Notes: a model not told the origin generated them from the sequence alone. Positions 22,099 through 34,374 are shown, counted from the first letter of the stretch. The stretch: DNA of 64,000 nucleotides from an uncultured Gemmatimonadaceae bacterium (GCA_963781585.1 CAWAGQ010000004.1:608001-672000); one strand, 5' to 3'. Numbers and translations are program-made.

Positions 22099-22875
22099 TC
22101 AGCCCCGAGGCGTGGCGGAGTCAGTCTCCGGCGGTGAGAACAGCATCGCCGTCCAGTAGTCGCGGTTCATGCGGGCGATGACGTCGATCGAGATCTCCTT
22201 CGGGCACGCCTCCTGGCACTCGCCAAACAGCGTGCAGCTCCCGAAGTGCTCCAGATCCATCTGCGACACCATCCCCAGGACGCGTCGCTCGCGCTCGGGC
22301 TGCCCCTGAGGCAGGGTGCCGAGGTGCGAAATCTTGGCCGCTGTGAAGAGCGACGCGGAGCCGTTGGGGCAGGCCGCCACGCAGGCGCCGCACCCGATGC
22401 ACGCGGCCGCGTCCATCGCCCGGTCGGCGTCGACCTTGGACACCGGCAGCGCGTTCGCGTCGGGAGCGCTTCCCGTGTTGACGGAGATGAACCCTCCGGC
22501 CTGAACGACCCGGTCCAGCGCCTCGCGGTTCACGCAGAGATCTTTCAACAGCGGGAACGCGCGGGCGCGCCACGGTTCCACGCTGATCGATGCGCCGTCG
22601 GCGAAGCTGCGCAGGTGGAGCTGGCAGGTGGCCGTTCCCTTCATCGGGCCGTGCGCGACACCATTGATCATCACCCCGCACATGCCGCAAATGCCTTCCC
22701 GGCAGTCCGAGTCGAAGGCGATGGGCTCTTCGCCTTTTTCGGCAAGCCCCTCGTTCACGACGTCGAGCAGTTCCAGGAACGACATGTCGGTGCTCACGTC
22801 GCGCACGTCGTATTGCACGAATCGACCCGGCGCGTCGGGGCCGGCCTGTCGCCACACTCTGAGCGTGAGATTCAT
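22099..22875 (-). CDS. sdhB: Succinate dehydrogenase/fumarate reductase iron-sulfur subunit
   Basis: [34 protein letters not shown]. Confidence 0.93.
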   Translation of the reverse strand: MNLTLRVWRQAGPDAPGRFVQYDVRDVSTDMSFLELLDVVNEGLAEKGEEPIAFDSDCREGICGMCGVMINGVAHGPMKGTATCQLHLRSFADGASISVEPWRARAFPLLKDLCVNREALDRVVQAGGFISVNTGSAPDANALPVSKVDADRAMDAAACIGCGACVAACPNGSASLFTAAKISHLGTLPQGQPERERRVLGMVSQMDLEHFGSCTLFGECQEACPKEISIDVIARMNRDYWTAMLFSPPETDSATPRG

Positions 22876-22894
22876 GCGCGCCCGTCCGCGAGGC

Positions 22895-24805
22895 TCACTT
22901 GTAGCTCCTGGTGGCGAGGTGCACGTTCTCGAACGCCAGGTGCTCCCGGTGGAGCCGGGGTGGCGCATCTCCCGCGTACTCCCACGCTGCGACGTAGCAG
23001 AAGTGCTCGTCGTCGCGACGCGCTTCGCCGTCGGCAGTCTGGAATTCGGTGCGAAAGTGACCGCCGCAGGATTCCTCGCGGTGGAGGGCGTCGCGGCACA
23101 GGAGCTCCCCCAGCTCGAGAAAGTCAGCGACCCGGCCGGCGTACTCGAGAGACTGGTTGAGCTCCGCCCCGCTGCCGGGGACCATGACGTTGCGCCAGAA
23201 CTCCTCCCGCAGTGCGGGAATCTCCTGCAGCGCCGACTCGAGTCCCGCGGCGTCGCGGGCCATGCCGCACTTGTCCCACAGGATCGCGCCCAGCTGGCGA
23301 TGGAACGAATGCACGGTGCGCGTGCCGCGGGTGCCTAACAAGCGCTGGAGGCGTTGCGCCACGTCGGCCTCGGCGGCGGCCACCGCTGGATGGTCGCCGG
23401 AAAGGGGCTCGAGGGCCGACGTGGCGAGGTAGTGACCAATGGTATACGGAATGACGAAGTATCCGTCCGCCAGCCCCTGCATCAGCGCGCTGGCCCCGAG
23501 CCGGTTGGCGCCGTGGTCCGAGAAATTCGCCTCGCCCAGCACGTGCAGGCCGGGGATGGTGCTCATCAGGTTGTAGTCCACCCACAGCCCGCCCATCGTG
23601 TAGTGCACCGCGGGATAGATGCGCATCGGCACCCGATACGGGTTCTCGCCGGTGATGCGCTCGTACATCTCGAACAGGTTGCCGTAGCGCTCAGCGATGG
23701 TGGCCTCACCGAGCCGACGGATGGCGTCGGCGAAGTCGAGGTATACCCCCTTCCCGCCCGGGCCCACGCCACGCCCTTCGTCACACACCTCCTTTGCCGC
23801 GCGCGAGGCGATGTCGCGCGGCGAGAGATTCCCGAAGCTCGGATACTTCCGCTCCAGGTAGTAGTCGCGCTCCGCCTCAGGAATCTCGTCCGGCGGCCGG
23901 TGGTCGCCCTCGCGCTTCGGTACCCACACGCGCCCGTCGTTGCGAAGCGACTCGGACATCAGCGTCAGCTTCGATTGGTGGTGTCCGCTCTGCGGAATAC
24001 AGGTGGGGTGGATCTGTGTAAAGCAGGGGTTCGCGAAGGCGGCGCCGCGCTTGTAGGCGCGCCAGATGGCGGTCGCATTGCATCCCTTCGCGTTCGTCGA
24101 CAGGTGGAAGACATTGCCGTAGCCGCCGGTCGCCAGGATCACCGCGTGTCCCAGATGCGACGACACCTGCCCCGTAACGAGATCCCGTGCGACGATCCCC
24201 CGGGCCCGACCGTCCACCACGATCAGGTCCAGCATTTCCCTGCGCGGGTGCATCGAGACCCCGCCGCGCGCGATCTCCTTGGCCAGCGCCTGGTAGGCGC
24301 CCAGCAGCAGCTGCTGACCTGTCTGTCCGCGCGCGTAAAACGTGCGCGAGACTTGCGCGCCGCCGAACGACCGATTGGCCAGGACGCCGCCGTACTCGCG
24401 GGCGAACGGCACCCCCTGGGCCACGCACTGGTCGATGATCGACAGGGACAATTGCGCCAACCGATAGACGTTGGACTCGCGCGACCGGAAATCGCCCCCC
24501 TTGATCGTGTCGTAGAACAGGCGCCAGACGCTGTCGCCGTCATTCTGGTAGTTCTTGGCGGCGTTGATCCCGCCCTGTGCCGCGATGCTGTGGGCCCGCC
24601 GGGGCGAGTCCTGGAAGCAGAAGCACGACACCTGGTACCCCAGCTCCGAAAGCGACGCGGCGGCCGACGCGCCCGCGAGCCCCGAACCGACCACCACCAC
24701 GTGGTATTTTCGCTTGTTCGCCGGGCTCACCAGCTTCATCTCGTGCCGATGTCGGTCCCACTTCTCGGCCAGCGGCCCGGTCGGGCTCCGCGCCAGCAGC
24801 TCCAT
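22895..24805 (-). CDS. sdhA: Succinate dehydrogenase/fumarate reductase flavoprotein subunit
   Basis: [32 protein letters not shown]. Confidence 0.95.
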   Translation of the reverse strand: MELLARSPTGPLAEKWDRHRHEMKLVSPANKRKYHVVVVGSGLAGASAAASLSELGYQVSCFCFQDSPRRAHSIAAQGGINAAKNYQNDGDSVWRLFYDTIKGGDFRSRESNVYRLAQLSLSIIDQCVAQGVPFAREYGGVLANRSFGGAQVSRTFYARGQTGQQLLLGAYQALAKEIARGGVSMHPRREMLDLIVVDGRARGIVARDLVTGQVSSHLGHAVILATGGYGNVFHLSTNAKGCNATAIWRAYKRGAAFANPCFTQIHPTCIPQSGHHQSKLTLMSESLRNDGRVWVPKREGDHRPPDEIPEAERDYYLERKYPSFGNLSPRDIASRAAKEVCDEGRGVGPGGKGVYLDFADAIRRLGEATIAERYGNLFEMYERITGENPYRVPMRIYPAVHYTMGGLWVDYNLMSTIPGLHVLGEANFSDHGANRLGASALMQGLADGYFVIPYTIGHYLATSALEPLSGDHPAVAAAEADVAQRLQRLLGTRGTRTVHSFHRQLGAILWDKCGMARDAAGLESALQEIPALREEFWRNVMVPGSGAELNQSLEYAGRVADFLELGELLCRDALHREESCGGHFRTEFQTADGEARRDDEHFCYVAAWEYAGDAPPRLHREHLAFENVHLATRSYK

Positions 24806-24812
24806 GGGCGGC

Positions 24813-25544
24813 CTAACGGTGCGCGGAGGCCATCACCCCCGCCTGCGACCGTCCGATGACGCCGCCCGCCACCGCCAGAGGCACCAGAGAGAACGCCAGC
24901 CACAGCGCCACTGCCAGCAGCGTGACGAACGGCCGCGAGAACGGGTTCCGCCGCGCGCGCGACAGCCCCAGGGTGCGGATGGCGCTCCAGGCGCCGTGAT
25001 ACAGGTGGAGTCCCACCACCACCATCATCGTCAGGTAGAACACCACCATCACCGGTTGGGTGGTGAAGGCCAGGACCACGTTGCCGTACGGATTCCCGGC
25101 CGCGAATCCCGGCAGCAGCTGGCCGCCGGTGAAGTGGAGCAGGTGAATCACGACGAACAACGCCAGCAGGACCGACAGCCAGCGGATGCTGCGTGAGGCA
25201 AAGGTCGCGATCTGCTTCTCGGCGCGATCGTACGCGACCGGACGCGCCAGGCGGCTGGAACGCGCGAGTTGCGTTGCGGCCGTGGCGTGCAGCAGGACCG
25301 ACGCGAGCAGCACGATGCGCGCAGGCCAGAGAATCTCCGGCGTCGCGTGGAGGAATCGGGAGTAGGCGTTGAGCTCCGCCGGCCCGAGGAACGCGAGCAG
25401 ATTGGCCGCCGCGTGGGTGACCAGAAAGCCCACCATGATCAGACCGGTGGCCGCCATGACGATCTTCTTGCCGACCGTCGACGCCCAGAATCGGGCCAGG
25501 CGGCCAGCCGGCGCCGCCACGGGCGTGGTGGCGGCGGCTGTCAC
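24813..25544 (-). CDS. sdhC: Succinate dehydrogenase cytochrome b subunit (single-anchor type)
   Basis: [13 protein letters not shown], about 5 TM helices with His ligands, HLYHGAWS. Confidence 0.9.
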   Translation of the reverse strand: MTAAATTPVAAPAGRLARFWASTVGKKIVMAATGLIMVGFLVTHAAANLLAFLGPAELNAYSRFLHATPEILWPARIVLLASVLLHATAATQLARSSRLARPVAYDRAEKQIATFASRSIRWLSVLLALFVVIHLLHFTGGQLLPGFAAGNPYGNVVLAFTTQPVMVVFYLTMMVVVGLHLYHGAWSAIRTLGLSRARRNPFSRPFVTLLAVALWLAFSLVPLAVAGGVIGRSQAGVMASAHR

Positions 25545-25606
25545 GGCGCGATCGCCGGCACGCTCGCGCCCATCGTCAGGCGCCCGCCGGTGCTCCGGCC
25601 CCTGGC

Positions 25607-26536
25607 CTAGACATTCAGCTTGGCCATCGGTTCCCGCACCGCTTCGGCGCTCCTGCCTAACGCCACGCGCTCGGCGGAGGTCAGTTCCACCTCGATGACC
25701 TGTTCCAGGCCCCGACGCCCGAGCTTGCACGGCACGCCGAGGAACAGGCCGGACAGCCCGTATTCCCCTTCCAGCCACGCCGAGCACGGGAGCACCCGCT
25801 TCTGATCGAACACGATCGCTTCCGCCATCTGCACCGCCGCCGCCGATGGCGCGTAGTAGGCCGATCCGGTCTTCAGGTACTGGACGATTTCGGCGCCGCC
25901 GCCTCGCGTCCGCTCCAGGATCTTGTCGAGGGCGGCGCGGTCGATCAACTGCGTCACCGGGATCCCGCTCACGCACGTATACGACACGAGCGGTACCATC
26001 GTGTCCCCGTGACCGCCCAGCACCATCGCCTGGATGTCCCGCACCGATACGTCCAGCGCCTCGGCCAGAAACGCCCGGTACCGGGACGAGTCCAGCACCC
26101 CCGCCATCCCCACCACCCGCTGCCGCGGAAATCCGCTTGCCTTCTTCGCCACGTAGCACATCACGTCCAGCGGATTGGACACGATGATCAGAATCGCGTT
26201 CGGTGAGGTGCGCGCCACCTGTTCGGCGACCCCCTTTACGATGCCGGCGTTGGTGTTCATCAGGTCGTCGCGCGACATGCCCGGCTTCCGCGCAATCCCG
26301 GCGGTGATGATCACCAGATCCGAACCCTCGGTCTCGGCATACCCGTTGGTCCCGATCAGCCGCGTGTCGAAGCCCTCGATCGGCGCGGTCTCCCACTGAT
26401 CGAGTCCCTTCCCCTGCGGGATCCCGTCTACGATATCCACCAGGACGACTCTCCTGGCGAGCTCCTTCTCGGCAAGTCGCTGTGTCGTTGTCGCGCCCAC
26501 GTTTCCGGCGCCGACGACCGTTATGAGATTGACCAT
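25607..26536 (-). CDS. mdh: Malate dehydrogenase (LDH-like)
   Basis: [22 protein letters not shown]. Confidence 0.95.
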   Translation of the reverse strand: MVNLITVVGAGNVGATTTQRLAEKELARRVVLVDIVDGIPQGKGLDQWETAPIEGFDTRLIGTNGYAETEGSDLVIITAGIARKPGMSRDDLMNTNAGIVKGVAEQVARTSPNAILIIVSNPLDVMCYVAKKASGFPRQRVVGMAGVLDSSRYRAFLAEALDVSVRDIQAMVLGGHGDTMVPLVSYTCVSGIPVTQLIDRAALDKILERTRGGGAEIVQYLKTGSAYYAPSAAAVQMAEAIVFDQKRVLPCSAWLEGEYGLSGLFLGVPCKLGRRGLEQVIEVELTSAERVALGRSAEAVREPMAKLNV

Positions 26537-26693
26537 GAATGCGGTGAGGTGCGGATGATTGACGGCCGTGCAAAGTTAGCCGCGCGCCAAACCCCCTTCA
26601 ACTCGACGCGCCACGATCGCGCGGCGCGCGCGATCCGTCCGTCAGCGACTTTCGGACAGCCGCGTCAGCGGTTCCACAGAGGCGTGCGCCTCG

Positions 26694-27683
26694 CTAGCCG
26701 CCAACCTGCGACAGTGCGCGCAGGCCGCCGACTTTCATCTGCAGCAGCTGATGCTCCTTCGGCTTTTCCGCCAGCGCGAGCCGGAAGAGCGGCTCCAGCG
26801 CGTCGCCGCGGCGCAGCGGGTCTCGCAGGTTCACCTCATGGTCGCCATACAGGCAGGTCCGCAGTCGCCCGTCGGCTGTCAGGCGCACGCGATTGCACGA
26901 CCCGCAGTAGGTGTGTGTCATGGGCGTAATCATGCCCACGGTCCCTGGCGCCCCGTCGATGCGGTAGTACCTGGCCGGTCCGTTTCCCCGCGCAGGGCCG
27001 CTATCCGCGCGCAACGTGCCAAGCGCGGCAATCCGGTCCAGGACCTCGTCGCTCGGAACGACGTGCTCCCACGTGAGGTCGCGCATCTCGCCGACCGGCA
27101 TCAGTTCGATATACCGCACGTGCCACGGGTGCTGGAGCGTGAGCCGCGCGAAATCCAGCACTTCGTCGTCGTTGATGCCCCGCATCACTACCATGTTGAT
27201 CTTGACCGGCGCCAGGCCGGCCGCACTGGCCGCTGTAGCGGCCTCGGTGGGCGCGAAACCCAGGTTGCGGCGTGCGATGCGGGCGATGCGCTCCGGTCGC
27301 AGACTGTCGGCGCTCATGTTGACGCGGTCCAGGCCGGCGTCGTGCAGCATCGCGGCCATCTGCGGGAGGCGCACCCCGTTGGTCGAGAGGGAAATGTCTT
27401 CGATGTCCGGCACGGCGCGCAGCAGTCGCACCAGCTGCTCCAGGTTCGGGCGGATGGTCGGTTCTCCCCCCGTCAACCGGACCCGTCTGAGCCCCAGTGG
27501 CGCCAGCTGCCTAACGACTTCCGCGATCTCCTCGTACGACAGGATCTCCGCCTTCGGCAGCCACTGCAGTCCCTCCAGCGGCATGCAGTAGACGCAGCGG
27601 AAATTGCAGCGATCGGTCACCGAGATCCGGAGATACTCGATGCTCCGCCCCCACTGATCCTGCAGCACCGTGCGCTCCGTCAC
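26694..27683 (-). CDS. moaA: GTP 3',8-cyclase
   Basis: CNFRCVYC radical SAM motif, CGSCNRVR, C-terminal GG. Confidence 0.95.
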   Translation of the reverse strand: MTERTVLQDQWGRSIEYLRISVTDRCNFRCVYCMPLEGLQWLPKAEILSYEEIAEVVRQLAPLGLRRVRLTGGEPTIRPNLEQLVRLLRAVPDIEDISLSTNGVRLPQMAAMLHDAGLDRVNMSADSLRPERIARIARRNLGFAPTEAATAASAAGLAPVKINMVVMRGINDDEVLDFARLTLQHPWHVRYIELMPVGEMRDLTWEHVVPSDEVLDRIAALGTLRADSGPARGNGPARYYRIDGAPGTVGMITPMTHTYCGSCNRVRLTADGRLRTCLYGDHEVNLRDPLRRGDALEPLFRLALAEKPKEHQLLQMKVGGLRALSQVGG

Positions 27684-28120
27684 GGCGATACCCCCGCTCC
27701 GTGCCGGGTGGGGTCGATCCATTCGCGCGTGCCGTCCACGTAGTGCTCGCGTTTCCAGATCGGCACCCGCTGCTTCAGCTCCTCGATGACGTAGCGCTGC
27801 GCATCCAGCACCGGTGCGCGGTGCCCGTGCGCCACGGCGATCGCCACGCTCACGTCGCCAAGCGCCAGCTCGCCCACGCGATGCTCCACCGCCAGCCTCC
27901 GGATGCCGAATCGGGCGGCCGCCTCGTCGGCGATGCGCCGCAGCTCCTTGCCGGCCATCGCGTCGTAGGCCGAATACTCGATGCCGCTCACCGCCCTCCC
28001 CTCATTGTGTGCGCGCACCGTGCCCAGGAACAGCGACACCGCTCCGCAGTCATCGCTTGCCACAAGCCGCAGCAGCGCCGGCGGGTCGATCGCCTCGCGG
28101 GTCAGGCGCACCCAGATCAT
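27680..28120 (-). CDS. moaE: Molybdopterin synthase catalytic subunit
   Basis: GAVSLFLGTVR, HRVG, VPIWKRE. Confidence 0.93.
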   Translation of the reverse strand: MIWVRLTREAIDPPALLRLVASDDCGAVSLFLGTVRAHNEGRAVSGIEYSAYDAMAGKELRRIADEAAARFGIRRLAVEHRVGELALGDVSVAIAVAHGHRAPVLDAQRYVIEELKQRVPIWKREHYVDGTREWIDPTRHGAGVSP

Positions 28121-28359
28121 CCGCCCGCCACCGGTGGAATGATCGCGACCTCGTCTCCGTCGGCAAGCACTTGCATGGCTGAGGCATACGTGGCGTTGAC
28201 CGCGGTCAGTGGCGACGGCGGAAGCGCCTGCACGACACTCATGGTCCGAATTCGGTCCACGAGGTCGCCGACCCGAGTTCCCCTCGGAACGTCGAGCGAA
28301 ACCTCATCCTTGCCGAACGCCTCGGCATAACTGGCGAAGAGCAGTACGCGCACGGTCAT
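28117..28359 (-). CDS. moaD: Molybdopterin synthase sulfur carrier
   Basis: VLLFA start, GDEVAIIPPVAGG C-terminus. Confidence 0.93.
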   Translation of the reverse strand: MTVRVLLFASYAEAFGKDEVSLDVPRGTRVGDLVDRIRTMSVVQALPPSPLTAVNATYASAMQVLADGDEVAIIPPVAGG

Positions 28360-28534
28360 CAGCATTACCGGAGAATATAGGGGCAGGCGGGTCAGAGGGG
28401 CCGCTTCAACGGGCGACAGAGCGAAGTTGCACTCAAGGTGCCCAATCGAAAGCCCCGGCAATCACTTGACCGGGGCATGCCCAGAAATCGCTCTCCCACT
28501 CCGGGTGTCGCGCTACGCGGTCGGGAGTGCCGCG

Positions 28535-28855
28535 CTACTCGGGGACCCCCGATGGCGGGACGAGGTCGGCAACCATCGCTCTCAGCTCCTTGGACGGCTT
28601 GAAGACCGGTACGGGCCTGGCCGAAACCTCTACCGGGGAACCAGTTCTGGGATTCCGCGCCATCCGCGTCTTGCGGTGTCGGATCTTGAACGTGCCGAAG
28701 CCCCGGACCTCGATGTTCTTCTGCGCGTGCAGCGCCTCCTTTACCGCATCCAGAAAAGCGTCGACGACGCGAGCGCAGTCCTTCTTGGAGATCATCGGAC
28801 CGGCGGTGCGCGAGATTTGTTGCGTGACTCGCTCGACGAGGTCGGCTTTGGTCAT
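28535..28855 (-). CDS. HU/IHF family DNA-binding protein
   Basis: MTKADLV, RGFGTF, ARNPRTG, PVFKPS. Confidence 0.93.
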   Translation of the reverse strand: MTKADLVERVTQQISRTAGPMISKKDCARVVDAFLDAVKEALHAQKNIEVRGFGTFKIRHRKTRMARNPRTGSPVEVSARPVPVFKPSKELRAMVADLVPPSGVPE

Positions 28856-28933
28856 TGCGTAGCCTCTGCGGAGAACCAGGGCGGCCCAACGCCTGAAACG
28901 TGCGGTCGAAATTAGACCGTTACCTATTGTGTG

Positions 28934-30070
28934 TCAAGCGGTTGGCCCACCTTGCCGTACGCGGCTTCGAACCGATTTGAGAAACTGCGTGAAGAGCGGG
29001 CGCGCGTCGTGCGGCCCCGGTGCAGCCTCCGGATGGTACTGCACGGCGAAGACGGGAAGCCGTCGGTGTCGGAGTCCCTCAACCGTGCCGTCATTCAGGT
29101 TCAGATGCGTGACTTCCAGATCCCGAGCCCCCGGAATGCCATCCGCGTCGCCTCGAACCGCAAATCCGTGATTCTGCGAGGTGATCAATACCCGACCACT
29201 GCTGAGTTCGCGAACGGGATGGTTACCGCCATGATGCCCGTACGGCAGTTTCACCGTGGATCCGCCGAAGGTGATCCCGAGCAGCTGGTGCCCCAGGCAA
29301 ATGCCGAACACGGGGACTTCACGCTCGGCGATCGTCCGAATGGCGGCTGGAGCATAGTGAACTGCGGCTGGATCCCCCGGGCCGTTGGAGAAGAACACGC
29401 CGTCGGGATCCCGCTCGAGAACAGCGTCCGCGGGTGTGGTTGATGGAACGACCGTCACTCGGCAGTCCTGCGCGTCGAACAGGCGGAGGATGTTCCGCTT
29501 GATGCCGTAGTCGTAGGCGACGATGTGGTGCTGCGCCTCCGGGCGGCCCCACGTGTATGCGTCCTTCGTGGACACGATGCTCGCCAGGTCGAGGCCTTCC
29601 ATGCTCGGACACGCCGCCAGTGCGGCGCGCGCTTCGTCGGTGGGCTCCGCACCCGAACCAATCGCCCCGCGCATGGCGCCCGCGGACCGGAGGTGTCTGG
29701 TGAGCATTCGCGTGTCCACACCGTCGAGCACCGGGACCCGCGACGCGTCGAGCCACGAGGCCAGGTCGGCGTCAGCGCGCCAGTTCGAATACGTGCGGGA
29801 GAGTTCGCGTACCACCACCCCCGCGACCTGCGGTCCCTGCGATTCCGGATCCTCGTCGTTCACCCCGTAGTTCCCGATCATCGGCGCCGTCATGACGACG
29901 ATCTGTCCATTGTATGAGGGGTCGGTGAAGACTTCCTGGTATCCGGTCATGTTCGTTGTGAACACGACTTCGGCGACGGTCGCCGGCGTGTCGCCGACGA
30001 GGCGTCCACGGAAAAGGGTTCCATCCTCGAGGAGGAGGAACCCCGGTCGCTGGCTGCGCAGGAGACTCAC
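28934..30070 (-). CDS. carA: Carbamoyl-phosphate synthase small subunit
   Basis: TGYQEVFTDPSY, SNGPGDP, GICLGHQ, QYHPE. Confidence 0.95.
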   Translation of the reverse strand: MSLLRSQRPGFLLLEDGTLFRGRLVGDTPATVAEVVFTTNMTGYQEVFTDPSYNGQIVVMTAPMIGNYGVNDEDPESQGPQVAGVVVRELSRTYSNWRADADLASWLDASRVPVLDGVDTRMLTRHLRSAGAMRGAIGSGAEPTDEARAALAACPSMEGLDLASIVSTKDAYTWGRPEAQHHIVAYDYGIKRNILRLFDAQDCRVTVVPSTTPADAVLERDPDGVFFSNGPGDPAAVHYAPAAIRTIAEREVPVFGICLGHQLLGITFGGSTVKLPYGHHGGNHPVRELSSGRVLITSQNHGFAVRGDADGIPGARDLEVTHLNLNDGTVEGLRHRRLPVFAVQYHPEAAPGPHDARPLFTQFLKSVRSRVRQGGPTA

Positions 30071-30080
30071 CAGCGCGTCG

Positions 30081-30485
30081 TCAGGGCTTCTTGGTCCCGC
30101 CCGCGCCTCCGCCGGCGGGGGGTGGCGGCGGGGCCTTCCCGGCCGGTTCGAGCGGCACGGCGGGCGCTGTCTGTGCGGGAGGAACACCCTGCTGGGTGGC
30201 CGGCGCCGACGGTGAGGCAGGCTGGTCGAGAATCGACCGGGGCGTCCGCGTATGCGTGGACAGGATCTGCAGGACGAACGAAAGTCCCAGGAAAATGCCG
30301 CCCGCCCACCATGTGGCCTTGGTCAGCACATTGCCGGCCTGACGGGTGCCGATCAGGGCATCGGCTGCCGTGGTGACGCCGCCGAAACTGGCGGCCAGTC
30401 CTCCTCCCTTTGCCGATTGCAGGAGGATCGCGCCGACCAGCACCAGGCTGTCGAGAATCAGTATGACGAGCAGGAATGTGTACAT
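30081..30485 (-). CDS. secG: Preprotein translocase subunit SecG
   Basis: ILLQSAKGGGL...LTKAT, two TM helices, follows tpiA. Confidence 0.9.
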   Translation of the reverse strand: MYTFLLVILILDSLVLVGAILLQSAKGGGLAASFGGVTTAADALIGTRQAGNVLTKATWWAGGIFLGLSFVLQILSTHTRTPRSILDQPASPSAPATQQGVPPAQTAPAVPLEPAGKAPPPPPAGGGAGGTKKP

Positions 30486-30548
30486 GGCGGTGCAGCGTTT
30501 TTCGGATGGATGCTAACCGCTCAATATCGCCGCACTTAGGGGCTCAAA

Positions 30549-31298
30549 TCAAGCGCGCACCAGAGACGTCCAGCCCTCGGCGTCGAGGCTGGCGCCTCCC
30601 ACCAGGAGCCCATCCACGTTCTGCGCGGCGAGCAGAGTCGCGGCGTTGCCGCGGTTCACGCTTCCGCCGTACAGTATGGGAACGCCGCCGCCTCTCTCCC
30701 GCAGCAGCGACCGCAGCTCCTCGCGCACGATGGCGTGCATTTGCGCCGCATCGGTGGGGGTGGCCGTCTTTCCCGTCCCGATTGCCCAGACCGGCTCGTA
30801 CGCGACCAGCATGCTGGCCAGGTCATGCGGCTGTGCGACCGACAGGCCGGCGCGGAGTTGGCGCAGCACCACCGACTCGGCGTCGCCGCGCTCGCGCTGT
30901 TCGAGGGTCTCGCCGACGCACAGAACGGGGACGAGGCGTGACCGGACCGCCGCCGCGACCTTGCGGGCGGTGTCCTCGTCCGACTCGCCGAAGACGTGAC
31001 GGCGTTCCGAGTGGCCGACCAGCACCAGATGAGCACCGGCGTCGCGTGCCATCGGCGCCGAGATCTCGCCGGTGAACGCGCCCTTGTCTTCCCAGTGGAT
31101 GTTCTGGACTCCGGCGAGCACGTCGGGCCGCTCCTTCAACATCTCGACCACAGTCGTTAGGCTGACGGCAGGGGGAAAGAAGATGACCTGCCGGTCGCTG
31201 CGCCGGGGGTAGTGGGTGAGAAACGATCGCAGGAACGCGCGGGCATCGGTCGGGCCGTGGTGCATCTTCCAGTTGGCGGCAAACACGGGGCGCTGCAT
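30549..31298 (-). CDS. tpiA: Triosephosphate isomerase
   Basis: ANWKM, GHSERR, AYEPVWAIGTG, YGGSV. Confidence 0.96.
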   Translation of the reverse strand: MQRPVFAANWKMHHGPTDARAFLRSFLTHYPRRSDRQVIFFPPAVSLTTVVEMLKERPDVLAGVQNIHWEDKGAFTGEISAPMARDAGAHLVLVGHSERRHVFGESDEDTARKVAAAVRSRLVPVLCVGETLEQRERGDAESVVLRQLRAGLSVAQPHDLASMLVAYEPVWAIGTGKTATPTDAAQMHAIVREELRSLLRERGGGVPILYGGSVNRGNAATLLAAQNVDGLLVGGASLDAEGWTSLVRA

Positions 31299-31302
31299 CA
31301 CG

Positions 31303-32496
31303 TCACCGATCGTCCAGGGCGGCCACGCCCGGCAGCGTCTTGCCCTCGAGAAACTCGAGCGACGCCCCACCTCCGGTGGAGACGTGGCTCATCGCTCCCT
31401 CGAGCCCGGCCGCCGCAACCGCGGCCGCCGAATCGCCGCCACCCACGATCGTCACCGCGCCCTCGCGCGTCGCGGCCGCCATCGCACGCGCGATCGCGAT
31501 CGTCCCTCGATCGAACGGCGGTGTCTCGAACACCCCCATCGGCCCGTTCCAGAGGACTGTCTTCGCGGTACCGATCGCGCGCGAGAACGAGGCCACGGAG
31601 TCGGGGCCGATATCGAACATCGCTTCGTTTGCCGGAATCGCATCCCGCTTCACCGCGTGCCCGGCACCCGGCCGATCCAGGGACGGCGCCACGATGGCGT
31701 CATGGGGCAACGTGAGGCGCATGCGCGCCCGGTCGAGCAGTTCCTTCGCCATCGATATCCGATCGGCCTCCACGAGCGACGTCCCGGTTTGAAGCCCCAT
31801 AGCCCGGAAGAACGTACACGCCATCGCCCCTCCCACCAGCAACCCGTCAACCTTGGGGAGGAGCGACTCGATCACGTCGATCTTTCCCGAGACCTTCGCG
31901 CCGCCCAGCAGCGCGATGAATGGACGGCGGGGTTCGCTCACCGCGCGCCCGAGATAGTCGAGCTCCTTCTCCATGAGAAAGCCGGCCACCGCCGGATGCA
32001 GCAGGCCCGCGACGCCCGCGGTGGAGGCATGCGCGCGATGCGCGGAGCCGAAGGCATCGTTGACGTAGAAGTCGCCGAGTTCCGCGAACGCGCGCGACAG
32101 CGCCTCGTCGTTCTTCTCCTCGCCGGCGTGGAACCTCGTGTTCTCGAGCACCAGAATGTCGCCATCGCCTAACGCGTGGGTGGCGGCGACGGCCTCGTCG
32201 CCCGACGAGGCGGCGACGAATCGCACCTGGTGGTCGGTGAGCTCGCCGAGGCGCGCCGCAACCGGGGCCAGGCTGTACCTCGCGTCCGAACCGCCCTTCG
32301 GCCGACCCAGGTGCGAGAACAGCACCACTCGCGCGCCGCGCGCGCACAGGTACGCGATCGTCGGCAGGGCGGCCCGGATGCGCGTGTCGTCGGCCACCCT
32401 GCCCTCCGCGATCGGCACATTGAAGTCCACCCGCACCAGCGCCCGTCGTCCGCGGAGCAGTGCGTCCGGGAGGTCGCGCAGCGTCTTCTTGTTCAT
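31303..32496 (-). CDS. pgk: Phosphoglycerate kinase
   Basis: RVDFNVP, HLGRPKG, STGGGASLE. Confidence 0.96.
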   Translation of the reverse strand: MNKKTLRDLPDALLRGRRALVRVDFNVPIAEGRVADDTRIRAALPTIAYLCARGARVVLFSHLGRPKGGSDARYSLAPVAARLGELTDHQVRFVAASSGDEAVAATHALGDGDILVLENTRFHAGEEKNDEALSRAFAELGDFYVNDAFGSAHRAHASTAGVAGLLHPAVAGFLMEKELDYLGRAVSEPRRPFIALLGGAKVSGKIDVIESLLPKVDGLLVGGAMACTFFRAMGLQTGTSLVEADRISMAKELLDRARMRLTLPHDAIVAPSLDRPGAGHAVKRDAIPANEAMFDIGPDSVASFSRAIGTAKTVLWNGPMGVFETPPFDRGTIAIARAMAAATREGAVTIVGGGDSAAAVAAAGLEGAMSHVSTGGGASLEFLEGKTLPGVAALDDR

Positions 32497-32587
32497 GGAA
32501 ACCGGTCAGGCCGTCGCGAGCTGGCCGCCGCGTCCGCGCGGCGGTTCCGACCGCTGGACACGGGCTGATCCATCGGCGCCTCGCGCA

Positions 32588-33598
32588 CTAGAGCTTGCCG
32601 CCAACCAGTCGGAGAAGGTCGACGCAACGGGTGGCGTACCCCCACTCGTTATCGTACCAGCCGCTCGTCTTCACCAGCGTGCCGTCGATGACGTTGGTGC
32701 TGCGGGCATCCACGATGCAGCTGTGCGGGTTGCCGATATAATCCGACGACACCAGCTCCTCCTCCGACACGGCCAGCACGCCGCGCATCGGGCCGGCGGC
32801 GGCTTCGCGAAACGCCGCATTGACCGCGTCGATGGTGGTTGGCCGCTCGACCTCGACCACCAGCTCATTGAGTGAGGCGTCCGGCGTCGGGACGCGGATC
32901 GCCACGCCGTCGATCTTGCCCTTGACCTCGGGGATCACCAGTCCCGTCGCCTTTGCCGCCCCGGTGGTGGTGGGAATGATGGACAGGGCGGCGGCACGGG
33001 CCCGTCGCAGGTCGCGATGCGGCAGATCGAGGAGCTGCTGGTCGTTGGTGTAGCTGTGGATGGTGATCATCGTGCCGTGCCGGAATCCGAACGCGTCGCG
33101 GATGACCCGAACCATCGGTGCCAGGCAATTGGTCGTGCACGACGCGTTGGAGATGATGTGGTGCGTCGCCGGGTCGTAGCGATCCTGGTTTACCCCCATG
33201 ACGATCGTTATGTCCTCGCCTTTCGCCGGCGCCGAAATGATCACCTTGCGGGCGCCGCCCGCGATGTGTTTTCGCGCATCGTCGGCCCTGGTGAACTTCC
33301 CGGTGGACTCGAGCACGATGGTGACGCCGAGCTCGCGCCACGGCAGGGCCGCCGGGTCCTTCTCCGCGAACACTCTGATCGAATCACCGTCGATTTCAAG
33401 CGCGTTCTCGCTGTGCGCGACGGTGCCCCGGTAGGTGCGGTGCACCGAATCGTACTTGAAGAGGTGCGCCAGCGTCCGTGTATCGGTGAGGTCGTTGACC
33501 GCCACGAAGTCGAGATCCGTGAACTCCCTCTCCTTCGCGACGCGGATCACCTGGCGGCCGATGCGACCGAATCCGTTGATGCCGACTTTGATGGCCAT
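32588..33598 (-). CDS. gap: Glyceraldehyde-3-phosphate dehydrogenase
   Basis: [28 protein letters not shown]. Confidence 0.96.
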   Translation of the reverse strand: MAIKVGINGFGRIGRQVIRVAKEREFTDLDFVAVNDLTDTRTLAHLFKYDSVHRTYRGTVAHSENALEIDGDSIRVFAEKDPAALPWRELGVTIVLESTGKFTRADDARKHIAGGARKVIISAPAKGEDITIVMGVNQDRYDPATHHIISNASCTTNCLAPMVRVIRDAFGFRHGTMITIHSYTNDQQLLDLPHRDLRRARAAALSIIPTTTGAAKATGLVIPEVKGKIDGVAIRVPTPDASLNELVVEVERPTTIDAVNAAFREAAAGPMRGVLAVSEEELVSSDYIGNPHSCIVDARSTNVIDGTLVKTSGWYDNEWGYATRCVDLLRLVGGKL

Positions 33599-33617
33599 GG
33601 GCAGTTCGGAGCCTCGC

Positions 33618-34352
33618 TCAGGTCGGCGCGTCACCCGGCAGGCGGGCGCGTCCGAATGTGACGTAGCTGATCATGCGGGCGCCTCCGTCGAACAGCGCGG
33701 TGGCGCAGGCGTTCATGGTCGCCGCGGTAGTCACGACGTCGTCCACCAGCAGCACGTGCAGGCCGCGCAGGCGTGTCACGTCGGCAGGGACACGAAACGC
33801 GCCGGCAACGTTGGTCAAACGCTGATCTGGTGTCAACCGCGTCTGGGATGCCGTGAATTCGTGACGCACGAGTGCCTGGCGCCACACCGGAAGCCCCCAT
33901 CGCTTGCCCAGCCCGGTTGCCAGTTGCTCGCTCTGGTTGTAGCCCCGTTCGCGCTGACGCCGTGGAGACAACGGCACTGGAATCACGGCCGCGCATTCCG
34001 CGACCACGTCGGGCGGCAGGGAGAGTCGCGCCATCCGGGCCGCCAGCTCGTCGGCGAGGCGCCACCATCCGTCGTACTTGAGCGCATGAACCAGGCGGCC
34101 GCCGACGCCGGCCGGGACCCACGTCACGGATCGGGCGGCGCGCACGAACGGCGGCAGGAGCTCGCACCAGCGGCACGTGTCGTCGCGCTCCGGGTATCCG
34201 CAGCGCGCGCACTGCGGCTGTGCCAGCGCTGGAATCCGGGTCCAGCACGGGCCGCAAGCAAGTTGCGTCTCCGAATCGGCGAGCCGCGCGCCGCAGACCA
34301 CACAGCAGCGGGGGAGCAGGAGTTCGAGCAATTCGCGCGCGACGCGGGGCAC
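33618..34352 (-). CDS. ComF family protein (double zinc ribbon plus PRTase)
   Basis: CxxC pairs, [15 protein letters not shown]; start approximate. Confidence 0.88.
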   Translation of the reverse strand: MPRVARELLELLLPRCCVVCGARLADSETQLACGPCWTRIPALAQPQCARCGYPERDDTCRWCELLPPFVRAARSVTWVPAGVGGRLVHALKYDGWWRLADELAARMARLSLPPDVVAECAAVIPVPLSPRRQRERGYNQSEQLATGLGKRWGLPVWRQALVRHEFTASQTRLTPDQRLTNVAGAFRVPADVTRLRGLHVLLVDDVVTTAATMNACATALFDGGARMISYVTFGRARLPGDAPT

Positions 34353-34374
34353 CCGCTCGCGCCACGGCCGGTTG